Shown here in pieces: positions 1 through 7,496 of a DNA stretch of 42,829 bases (its first letter is position 1; every line of letters begins with the position of its first letter). The translations under genes and the position numbers were made by a program. The DNA comes from Thermoanaerobaculia bacterium (GTDB taxonomy: Bacteria; Acidobacteriota; Thermoanaerobaculia; Multivoradales; UBA5704): NCBI GenBank assembly GCA_044226625.1, contig JBGAGQ010000059.1, forward strand, positions 1-42,829, read 5' to 3'. The notes under the pieces are model-generated. The model was not told where the DNA came from, searched no databases, and saw only the letters and a program-made list of their open reading frames with translations.

Positions 1-347
1 GAGTGGAATCAGGAATTGCGAATCGAGAATCACGAATGATGGAAGAAGAGTCCCATTCAAGATTCTTGATTCGCCATTCGCCATTCGAGTGGAATCAGGA
101 ATTGCGAATCGAGAATCACGAATGATGGAAGAAGAGTCCCATTCAAGATTCTTGATTCGCCATTCGCCATTCGAGTGGAATCAGGAATTGCGAATCGAGA
201 ATCACGAATGATGGAAGAAGAGTCGCATTCAAGATTCTTGATTCGCCATTCGCCATTCGAGTGGAATCAGGAATTGCGAATCGAGAATCACGAATGATGG
301 AAGAAGAGTCCCATTCAAGATTCTTGATTCGCCATTCGCCATTCGAG
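1..347. repeat. Tandem array of four 86-bp imperfect palindromic units (plus 3 nt of a fifth)
   Basis: Units start at 1, 87, 173 and 259 and are identical except C>G at 225. Each has GAAT at unit offsets 6,13,20,27,34 and ATTC at 55,62,69,76,83. The array may extend beyond the window start. Confidence 0.95.
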
Positions 348-992
348 GGCCATTTGGCCCTCATCGGCGGTGGCGAGTTCAGCTTCGGCGAGACGGCCGA
401 GGCGGATCAGGCCTGGCTCGACGAGACGCCGGAGGGCTCGACGGTCGGGTTCGTTCCGGCGGCCTCCGGCTCGGAGGATTACGGGCGGCACTTCGCCGAG
501 TACCTGGCGGAGGAGTTCGAGCGGACGGCCGAGACGATCCCGATCTATCGGGGGCGCGACGGCCGGCGCGGCAAGAACGCCGAGCGGATCCGCGACGTCG
601 GGGCGGTCTACCTCGGGGGCGGCGTCGCCGACCACCTGCTCGAGGCGGTCGTCGGCACTCCGGCGGCCGAGGCGCTCGTCGAGAAGCTGCGGAGCGGGGG
701 AGTCGTGGCGGCGATCGCCGCTTCGGCCCAAGCGGTCGGCGCCTACGCCCGGAGCATCTCGGGCGGGGCGTCGATCCCCGGTCTCGGCTGGCTCCCCGGC
801 GGCGTCGTCGAGCCGAACTTCGATCCCGGCCACGACCGCCGGCTGCGCAAGCTGCTCGAAGCGCCGGGGGTGACCTGGGGGTTGGGCATCCCGTCCGGCT
901 CCGCGGTGATCCTCGGCCCGGACGGCGTCGAGCTGGTCGGCACGGTCTACCGGGTCCGCGGCGCGAAAGGCAACATCGAAACCCTCTCCTGA
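294..992 (+). CDS. Peptidase S51 / cyanophycinase-like (class I glutamine amidotransferase-like fold) protein, probably catalytically inactive
   Basis: LALIGGGEF, FVPAAS and VYLGGG motifs. Nucleophile elbow reads AIAASA (normally GxSAGA) and the His motif reads EPNFD (normally xPHF). The only in-frame starts (GTG 261, ATG 294/297) lie inside repeat unit 4, apart from a TTG at 354 inside the first motif. Confidence 0.75.
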   Translation: MMEEESHSRFLIRHSPFEGHLALIGGGEFSFGETAEADQAWLDETPEGSTVGFVPAASGSEDYGRHFAEYLAEEFERTAETIPIYRGRDGRRGKNAERIRDVGAVYLGGGVADHLLEAVVGTPAAEALVEKLRSGGVVAAIAASAQAVGAYARSISGGASIPGLGWLPGGVVEPNFDPGHDRRLRKLLEAPGVTWGLGIPSGSAVILGPDGVELVGTVYRVRGAKGNIETLS

Positions 993-1024
993 AGGCTCTT
1001 CGGGAGATCCATTTCAAACGTTGG

Positions 1025-1045
1025 AGCCGGGCCCGGCCCGGCTTT
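1025..1045 (+). terminator. GC hairpin AGCCGGGC-CCG-GCCCGGCT, weak terminator or REP-like
   Basis: Perfect 8-bp stem between the S51 gene and ndk, with only a short T run. Confidence 0.35.
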
Positions 1046-1089
1046 GCACGATCACATCGAACGAACACATCGAAGATAGGGAGAAGACG

Positions 1090-1512
1090 ATGGAGACCAC
1101 CCTCACGATCCTCAAGCCCGACAGTGTGGCGGCGGGCAACGCCGGCAACATGATCGCCCACCTCCAGAAGGAGGGCTTCAAGGTCCGCGGCCTCAAGATG
1201 GTGCGCCTGACCGAGGCGCAGGCGAAGGCGTTCTACGAGGTGCACAAAGAGCGTCCGTTCTACGGGAGCCTGGTCGCGTTCATGACCAGCGGGCCGGTGA
1301 TCCCGATCGCCCTCGAGCGCGAGAACGCCGTCGCCTACCTGCGCGAGGTGATGGGCGCGACGGACGTCTCCAAGGCGGCGCCGGGGACGATCCGCAACCT
1401 CTACGGCACGTCGATCGAGGCGAACGCCATCCACGGCAGCGACTCGGCCGAGAACGCCGCGATCGAGACCGCGTTCTTCTTCTCCCGCTCCGAGCTGATC
1501 GCCGCTTCGTAG
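1090..1512 (+). CDS. ndk: Nucleoside diphosphate kinase
   Basis: METTLTILKPD start, FYEVHKERPF, PGTIR and NAIHGSDS (catalytic His). GGGAG SD before ATG 1090; 140 aa. Confidence 0.98.
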   Translation: METTLTILKPDSVAAGNAGNMIAHLQKEGFKVRGLKMVRLTEAQAKAFYEVHKERPFYGSLVAFMTSGPVIPIALERENAVAYLREVMGATDVSKAAPGTIRNLYGTSIEANAIHGSDSAENAAIETAFFFSRSELIAAS

Positions 1513-1580
1513 TCGAACGTCGTAGCATTCGGCGTATCGGGGCGGTCCCGCGGGGCCGCCCCTCCTCGAGGAGATTTGCC

Positions 1581-1832
1581 ATGAGCTTCCGCCATCCAGA
1601 GGCCGCCCCGGTGAGCCAGATCGCCCCCGAGCGGCGCGGAGCCGTCGTCGCCCGCTTCTGCCACGGTTGCCAGCAGCTGTATCCGCTCCTGCGCGCCCGC
1701 CACGTCGGACGGCCGATCTACGGCCGCGACCTCGTGACGTCAACCTGCACCTACGAAGGGATGCCGTTCGAGCACGGCGCCGCCTGGTGGGAAGAGGCGG
1801 TGGAAGTGTTGCCGGCGGTCGCGGCGGCGTAG
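1581..1832 (+). CDS. Small hypothetical protein with CxxC plus a third Cys and His residues (possible metal binding)
   Basis: GAGGAG SD, host-like codon usage, RFCHGCQQLYP...STC. Confidence 0.65.
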   Translation: MSFRHPEAAPVSQIAPERRGAVVARFCHGCQQLYPLLRARHVGRPIYGRDLVTSTCTYEGMPFEHGAAWWEEAVEVLPAVAAA

Positions 1833-1880
1833 CGCCCGGCCGTTACCATAGGGTCCAGCCCTCTGAGACGGGCGTCGGCT

Positions 1881-3125
1881 TTACCCTGCCCTCCTGGCTC
1901 GGGGCATGGTCACTCGCACGAAGTCGTCGGTCGCATCGAAACGGGCGTCTTTCCCGGACTCTGCGCGTACGAGAGGGACGATTTTTCGACGTACTCCCAT
2001 TCCCCGAGCGTCGACGTAGCCATAGTCGCGCATCACGTCGACGAGAAGAGGATTGCGCGGCGACCGTTGGCCGGCGAGCATTTTCTCGATCGTCATCGAG
2101 TTGTGCAGGGCGCCAGGACTTGTGATTTCGAGCCGATCGTCATAGGCGACGACTTCAACCTCGACTGAACGTGTCCAGTCCCGATGAATCACCGCATTGA
2201 CGAGCGCTTCGCGAAGCGCCTCGACTGGGTAGGACCACTTCCGTTCGCGGCGCAAGTTTTCGCCGACCGTTGCGTCCTCGGAGGATACGAAGGGAGTCAT
2301 CCGATCGACGACACGTTCAAGAAGGCCAGTTTCAACGACTTCGCTGTTCCCGGCTTCCGACCTCCGCGTGAGCGCCACCAACGGCCCGTCTAGGATCGTA
2401 TCGTCGAGGGCTTGGTACTCTTTGGTATCGCCCGAGAAGGCCATCCAGCGAATCCCGGCTTGGGGCAACGCGCGGCGAGGATTGCGCCCGAACAGCACTA
2501 GCCCCGCGATCGAGCAGACGTGTCGCCCGTCGGGCGCGGCAGTCATGAAGCCCAGACCGGTTAGGCGTTCTTCCCAAGCTGTGACGGACCCTGGCGCTGC
2601 AGAGTCCTTGAGATATTCGACGAGATAGTCGGTGAGGCGTTCAAGGCCAAGGTCCGGAAGTCCGGTGCCGGGTACGGCAAGCGTCTCGAGATGAAGCAGG
2701 GTCCCCGATGCGAAGAGGCGAGCTTGCTGCTCGCGCGACGCAAGTTGTGAGGTCGTTCCGACGCGGACGTAGATGTCCTCACGTCCGTTGTACCGAACCA
2801 CGTACGGCTTGGTGACACCGGCCTGGATGGTGAGCACGGCGACCCGGCGACCGTCATCGAGAAGAACTTCCTCGTAGAAAGGCAAGATCATCGGATGCAC
2901 GTACCGGCGGAGCACCGTGTCCATGATCCATTCTTCTGCGTTCTCTCGCGTGAGCCCAGAGATCGATCCGTCGTCCTCGACGCCGATCAGCAGGCGTCCG
3001 CCCTGAAAATTGGCGAATGCCACGATCGCCTTGGCCAGCCGTTCCGGGCGCACGTCATCGCGCTTGAAATCGATGCCTGAGCTCTCGCCGTTGGCGATCA
3101 GCTCCAGGAGTTCGGATTTTAACAT
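1881..3125 (-). CDS. Schlafen/AlbA_2-domain protein with C-terminal HATPase_c_4 (RecG-C-like) domain
   Basis: GESSGIDFKR and AFANFQGGRLLIGVEDDG (AlbA_2); YPVEALREALVNAVIHRD, EITSPG, PRNPLL and RGMGV (HATPase_c_4). No C-terminal HTH. Confidence 0.88.
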   Translation of the reverse strand: MLKSELLELIANGESSGIDFKRDDVRPERLAKAIVAFANFQGGRLLIGVEDDGSISGLTRENAEEWIMDTVLRRYVHPMILPFYEEVLLDDGRRVAVLTIQAGVTKPYVVRYNGREDIYVRVGTTSQLASREQQARLFASGTLLHLETLAVPGTGLPDLGLERLTDYLVEYLKDSAAPGSVTAWEERLTGLGFMTAAPDGRHVCSIAGLVLFGRNPRRALPQAGIRWMAFSGDTKEYQALDDTILDGPLVALTRRSEAGNSEVVETGLLERVVDRMTPFVSSEDATVGENLRRERKWSYPVEALREALVNAVIHRDWTRSVEVEVVAYDDRLEITSPGALHNSMTIEKMLAGQRSPRNPLLVDVMRDYGYVDARGMGVRRKIVPLVRAESGKDARFDATDDFVRVTMPRARRAG

Positions 3126-3137
3126 TGCCGAGCCGGC

Positions 3138-5843
3138 TCAAAATTCATACATTTCCTTTCTCTGTTCGAAGGCCGCACGGCCACCTTCGAGGATCTCCGC
3201 GGCCTGTTCTCGGATGTATGGTACGTCGATCGATCCTTGATGCCCAGGGCCGAGGGTGCCTCGGCTTTCGCTTGCCGAGAGCACGCCGATCCATTCCGCG
3301 TCGCCAAAGACGGGGATGTTCGCGTTGTGGGTCGAGAAGAGGAACTGCCGACGGGTCTTGGCGTCCCGCAGCTCGCGTACGATGCGCTCCGCGATGAATG
3401 CATTGTCGAGATTGTCCTCAGGTTGATCGACGACGAGAGGATCAGGATTGTCGAGGAGGAGCAGGTGGAGAACCGCAGTGCATTGCTGGCCCGTCGAAAG
3501 ACGCGAGAGATCCTTGTACTGCTCCCTCCCTCCATGGGAGACATTGAGCTCGATACTCACGAGATCAGCGAGCTCGAGGGCCTCGAGCTCGAGAATCCTC
3601 GAGTAGGGGAGTCTCGAGAGTGCTTCGGCGATCCCTGGAGTGACCCCATAGTCGGAGGCGAGTTTTTTCGCCCCCTGGCGAATTGCGTGCACCAGCGCTA
3701 GAGGCTTCACATCTCGATCTTCGATCCATGCGAGGCGCTTCTCGCCAACCCCCTCCAGCTTGCAGCTGGTGAGGAATTCCTTGAGTCGACCGCGATCTCC
3801 TTCGACTTGGAGGTCGATACGAAGCTTGCCCTTCAGGCGACGATTCAAATCGCTTACTGCAGCCTGAAGCCCTTTCGCCCGCGCGTTTCGTGCATCCGAG
3901 ACTTCCGCAATCAGGTTCTTGCGCTCTTGTTCTAAGCTCTCGAGCAGTAGCGTGAGCGTGGTCTTCCTGGCTTCGAGAGGCTTGATACGTTCGATTTCTT
4001 GAGTCAGCTGACGATAGGCGGCTCCGACCTCACGCCCACTCTTGCCTGCCAGGTCAGGAAGTCCGGCGAGAGACTTCTCTAGTTCACGTTCTCCAGCGTT
4101 CATGGCTTCCCGCCAATTGGACATCCTGATCTCGAACGCCTCTTGGGCGGACTTGATCAGCGTCGATATCGCGGTCTGATGTGCAACGAGCTCGCTCGTG
4201 AGTCTCTCGAACTCCTCGCGAATGCCTACCAGCAGAGCAATATCCGGAAGCCCCTCCAGGGACTTGTCGCCGAGAAAGGTCAAGTCAGGCAAGCTCTCGT
4301 TGAGTGATTGAACCCCTTCCTCGAGTCGGCCGAGTTCTTGCCGCGCACGGTTTACCAGTTCTCGCTCGCGTGCGTAAAGCGGGGTCTTGGCGAGGCTGAC
4401 CTCGATACCGAGGGACTGGAATCCTTTGAGTCGTTCTCCCAGCTTCGGTAGGCTCGCGACGGCTTCGGTGATCTCGTCCAAATCTGTACGAGCCTTGATG
4501 AGCTTCTGTGCGTTGTCTGATAGCCGTTTCCGGAGGCCTTCGTGTCGGTTGGGGTCCGCTGAGGCGGTGGGAATGAAGCGCTCTAGCAACCGAGATCGGC
4601 TTTGGGCGTCCTGTGCCAGCTCAAAAATCTCGTTCTGTCCGTACACCTCGATCTGCGGCAAGATGTCACGAGGGGACTGGTGAGAAACGGCTCCTTTTGC
4701 GTCACGAACGATTGCCGGCTCTCCATAGCGCCGGGAAATGGTGAATTGAATCCCGTGTTGGACCGCCGAGCGCACCGTCATCTCGATTGAACCAGCCTGC
4801 TTACCCAGGTTCTCTTTGAGAATGTCTTGATGAAGCTTGAGTGCCTGCTTTCCTTTGGGCGGTAGTTCGAGGACATAGCGGAGGCATTCGATGAAGGTTG
4901 ATTTACCCGTCCCTCGACCGCCGATCAGCGCGTTCAAATGGTTGGAAAAGCGAGCCTCGACTCGATCGAGATAGCCTCCACGAATCCTCATGGTTTCAAG
5001 GACGCTGTGCGGTTCGTCCGCCACGCTCAGCCGAACCCGCGACTGCGGATCCAGGAACGCGACCTTGAAAGCCTCGAAGGTCGGATGGGTCATCTTGATC
5101 CAGGTCGACGCGCTTGGGTTCTCGAGGTCTTCAGGTCTGGCGACGTCTTTGGCATTGATAAGGGTGATGAGACGATCGCGCGGATAGTCCGGGTTCCGGT
5201 TCTCTACGATGTCGAGGAAATTTTGCGGTAGGTCGGTTACTGGCCCTGGGATTTGCGCCACCCGAACATGCTGAGAATCTTTCCAAACATGAGCGAGACC
5301 GCCGCCATCCCTTTGCAGTCGGAGTAGTCCGCTGTTTCCGGTCACGTGCGCCGCGTACCAGAAACCGCCGAAGTCATGGATCTTCTTGGCGAGCTCTAAG
5401 CAACCGATGGAGGAGGGACGTACGCCATCGCTGACGTCCGTCACGCCGAGATTTCCCAGGTAGCGATTGAGCTTATCTACCGGGGTATCTTCCGGGAACA
5501 AGCAGACCATGTGAATCTTCTCGGTCGATGAGATCTCGAATCCAGGGAAGGTTACGATTTCCTGACCCGAGAGTACCTGCCGTAGGCGGTCGATGCTCTC
5601 GACGTTGCCGTGGTCGGCGATTCCCACAACCTTGATGTTCAGCTCGCGGCACTTCTCTCCGAGAGCTTGATTGTAGGCGTCCTCGTTGAGGGCGTGGTCC
5701 TGTCCCCGATACAGCGACTGATACCGGTAAGGGTTGACTTGAAGAGCGCAACGCCAGAACCTAGCAAACGTAAACTCCTCCTTCGAAGCCGCTACCTCTT
5801 GAAGGAGAGTCCGGTGTTCGGTCTGGAGGTCGTCCTTGCTCAT
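3138..5843 (-). CDS. PHP domain + SMC/ABC-type ATPase (Ppl/TrlF-like), candidate anti-phage protein
   Basis: PHP-like N-terminus (IADHGN, PGFEI, IHMVCLF, YAAHV). Walker A GGRGTGKS, long coiled coil, signature LSTGQQ, Walker B/D-loop VVDQPEDNLD, H-loop STHNAN. Confidence 0.88.
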   Translation of the reverse strand: MSKDDLQTEHRTLLQEVAASKEEFTFARFWRCALQVNPYRYQSLYRGQDHALNEDAYNQALGEKCRELNIKVVGIADHGNVESIDRLRQVLSGQEIVTFPGFEISSTEKIHMVCLFPEDTPVDKLNRYLGNLGVTDVSDGVRPSSIGCLELAKKIHDFGGFWYAAHVTGNSGLLRLQRDGGGLAHVWKDSQHVRVAQIPGPVTDLPQNFLDIVENRNPDYPRDRLITLINAKDVARPEDLENPSASTWIKMTHPTFEAFKVAFLDPQSRVRLSVADEPHSVLETMRIRGGYLDRVEARFSNHLNALIGGRGTGKSTFIECLRYVLELPPKGKQALKLHQDILKENLGKQAGSIEMTVRSAVQHGIQFTISRRYGEPAIVRDAKGAVSHQSPRDILPQIEVYGQNEIFELAQDAQSRSRLLERFIPTASADPNRHEGLRKRLSDNAQKLIKARTDLDEITEAVASLPKLGERLKGFQSLGIEVSLAKTPLYARERELVNRARQELGRLEEGVQSLNESLPDLTFLGDKSLEGLPDIALLVGIREEFERLTSELVAHQTAISTLIKSAQEAFEIRMSNWREAMNAGERELEKSLAGLPDLAGKSGREVGAAYRQLTQEIERIKPLEARKTTLTLLLESLEQERKNLIAEVSDARNARAKGLQAAVSDLNRRLKGKLRIDLQVEGDRGRLKEFLTSCKLEGVGEKRLAWIEDRDVKPLALVHAIRQGAKKLASDYGVTPGIAEALSRLPYSRILELEALELADLVSIELNVSHGGREQYKDLSRLSTGQQCTAVLHLLLLDNPDPLVVDQPEDNLDNAFIAERIVRELRDAKTRRQFLFSTHNANIPVFGDAEWIGVLSASESRGTLGPGHQGSIDVPYIREQAAEILEGGRAAFEQRKEMYEF

Positions 5844-6009
5844 GGTCTCTTCTTTCGCCGCGTGAAAATCTCAAGGGGAGGCCCCTCCGAGGCATGGATA
5901 AGGGTACGATATACGAGGCCAGGACGCCGCGAGGCCGTTCTTTGAGGTGTATTCGTCGGCGGTATATGCTTAGGGTCTCAATTGCGCGGCGGCGCGGAAG
6001 GAGGCCCGG

Positions 6010-6744
6010 ATGACGAAGCGACGGACTCTCGCCTTTGCGATCGTTTTCATCGCGAACGCTCTTCTCGGTGGGGCGATCGGTGTTTCGGCGGCCAAAGGGC
6101 TCTCTCTGCCGGTGCCCGCATGGACGGCGATCGGCGAGGAGGCCGACCGCGCCCTCCGAGCGGGAAAGTGGGAGGCGGGGCGCGACGCGGCGGAGCGACT
6201 GATCGGCGAGATCCTGGCGAAACCGGTCGAAGGGGAAGGCTTGAGCACGCTGCTCGCGCGCGCGGTCGCTTATCGGGCGATCGCTTGTGCGGGGCTCGGA
6301 GACGTCCAGGCGGCGGAATGGTCGGCGGCGGCGGCTCGGGAGCTCGGATTCACGCTCCGCGATCTCGATCTCTCCCCGTTCGGCGCGTCGGGTGAGGTGC
6401 TGCGGGCCGCCCTTCGCCCCGAGGCGACTCGACCGAACCCGGAAGTGCGGCAGGTGGGGCCAGGCGTCGGCCGGCCCGCATTGATCGAAAGGGTGCCGGT
6501 GGCGTTTCCGGAGGCGATGCGCGGGCAGATGGCGGGCGGCGTGGTGATCACCCAGGTGACGATCGGCGTCGACGGCAGGGTGAGCGCGCCGACGATCCTC
6601 CATTCGCCGAGTCCCTATCTGTCGCTCGCCGCTCTCGATTCTCTCCGAGCTTGGCGCTTCAAGCCCTCGATCCTCGACGGGAAGCCGGTTCCGGTGACCT
6701 ACGTGCTGACGGTAAACTTTTCGGTCGGAGGCGCTCTGAAGTAA
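6010..6744 (+). CDS. Secreted/anchored protein with helical N-terminal domain and TonB C-terminal domain
   Basis: Signal peptide MTKRRTLAFAIVF; FPEAMR...GVVITQVTIGVDGRV...AALDSLRAWRFKPSILDGKPVPV; AGGAGG SD. Confidence 0.85.
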   Translation: MTKRRTLAFAIVFIANALLGGAIGVSAAKGLSLPVPAWTAIGEEADRALRAGKWEAGRDAAERLIGEILAKPVEGEGLSTLLARAVAYRAIACAGLGDVQAAEWSAAAARELGFTLRDLDLSPFGASGEVLRAALRPEATRPNPEVRQVGPGVGRPALIERVPVAFPEAMRGQMAGGVVITQVTIGVDGRVSAPTILHSPSPYLSLAALDSLRAWRFKPSILDGKPVPVTYVLTVNFSVGGALK

Positions 6745-6787
6745 GCGCGCCCTCGGCCTTCGGAGGCCATACCGGAGCGGCTTTCGT

Positions 6788-6793
6788 TATCCT
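6788..6793 (+). promoter_or_regulatory. Putative -10 element TATCCT, near-leaderless start of UDG gene
   Basis: TANNNT 9 nt before ATG 6803; no SD. Confidence 0.4.
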
Positions 6794-6802
6794 TCGCCCG
6801 CC

Positions 6803-7459
6803 ATGGCGGAAACGAAGGGAAAGGGGGCTGCTTCGTGGGATCTCGCCTCCCTCCGCGACCACGTCGCCTCCCTCCGCGCCTGCCGCCTCTGCCCGCGGGT
6901 GGTGGCCCCCCCCGTGGCGGCGGAGCCTCCGGCGGCGCGGCCGCGGGTGTTCCTGGTCGGGCAGGCGCCCGGGCCGCACGAGCGGGAGGGGAACCGGCTG
7001 TTCGCGTTCACCGCGGGGACGCGGCTGTTTCAATGGTTCGCGCGGCTCGGGGTGTCGGAGGAGGAGTTCCGCGCGCGGGTCTGGATGGCGGCGGCGATTC
7101 GATGCTTTCCCGGCCGGGCGCCGCAGGGGGGCGACCGGGTGCCGGCTCCGGACGAGGTGGCGACCTGCTCCCGATGGCTCGAGTCGGAGCTCGCGTTCGT
7201 CCAGCCCTCGACGGTGATCGCGATCGGCCAGCTCGCGATCTCGCTCTTCCTGCCGCGGACGGCGAAGGCGACGCCGCTCGCCGAGCGGATCGGCCGGAGC
7301 TTTCCGGTCGAGCGGGGCGGGCTCTCGTTCGACCTGATTCCCTTGCCGCACCCTTCGGGACGGAGCACCTGGCTGATCGCGCCGGAGAACCAGGCGCGGC
7401 TCGACCGCGCGCTCGCGCTTCTCGGCGAGAGCCCCGGCTGGCGCGAAACGTTCGGGTAA
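6803..7459 (+). CDS. Uracil-DNA glycosylase superfamily protein (family-4-like, Fe-S Cys retained, GQAPG variant)
   Basis: CRLC, GQAPG, IRCFPG, ATCSRW, LPHPSG. Confidence 0.88.
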   Translation: MAETKGKGAASWDLASLRDHVASLRACRLCPRVVAPPVAAEPPAARPRVFLVGQAPGPHEREGNRLFAFTAGTRLFQWFARLGVSEEEFRARVWMAAAIRCFPGRAPQGGDRVPAPDEVATCSRWLESELAFVQPSTVIAIGQLAISLFLPRTAKATPLAERIGRSFPVERGGLSFDLIPLPHPSGRSTWLIAPENQARLDRALALLGESPGWRETFG

Positions 7460-7496
7460 ACTCTCGCTCGTTTTTCCCAATGAGGAGTCGGCCCGC

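Larger units (their letters stand above)
1849..5977. other. Lower-GC two-gene genomic islet
   Basis: Many A/T-ending codons and visibly lower GC than the flanks (qualitative). No mobility gene. Confidence 0.7.

Noticed and set aside
1-347. CRISPR array
   Set aside because: Whole 86-bp units are identical with no unique spacers, and there are no cas genes in the window.
143-364. 73-aa minus-strand ORF
   Set aside because: It is just a translation of the DNA repeat.
3138-5843. Housekeeping SMC/RecN/SbcC
   Set aside because: N-terminal PHP fusion, DQPEDNLD motif, no hinge or zinc hook, and atypical composition point to the Ppl/TrlF type.
1849-5977. Prophage, IS or integrative element
   Set aside because: No integrase, transposase, tRNA target or long att repeats.
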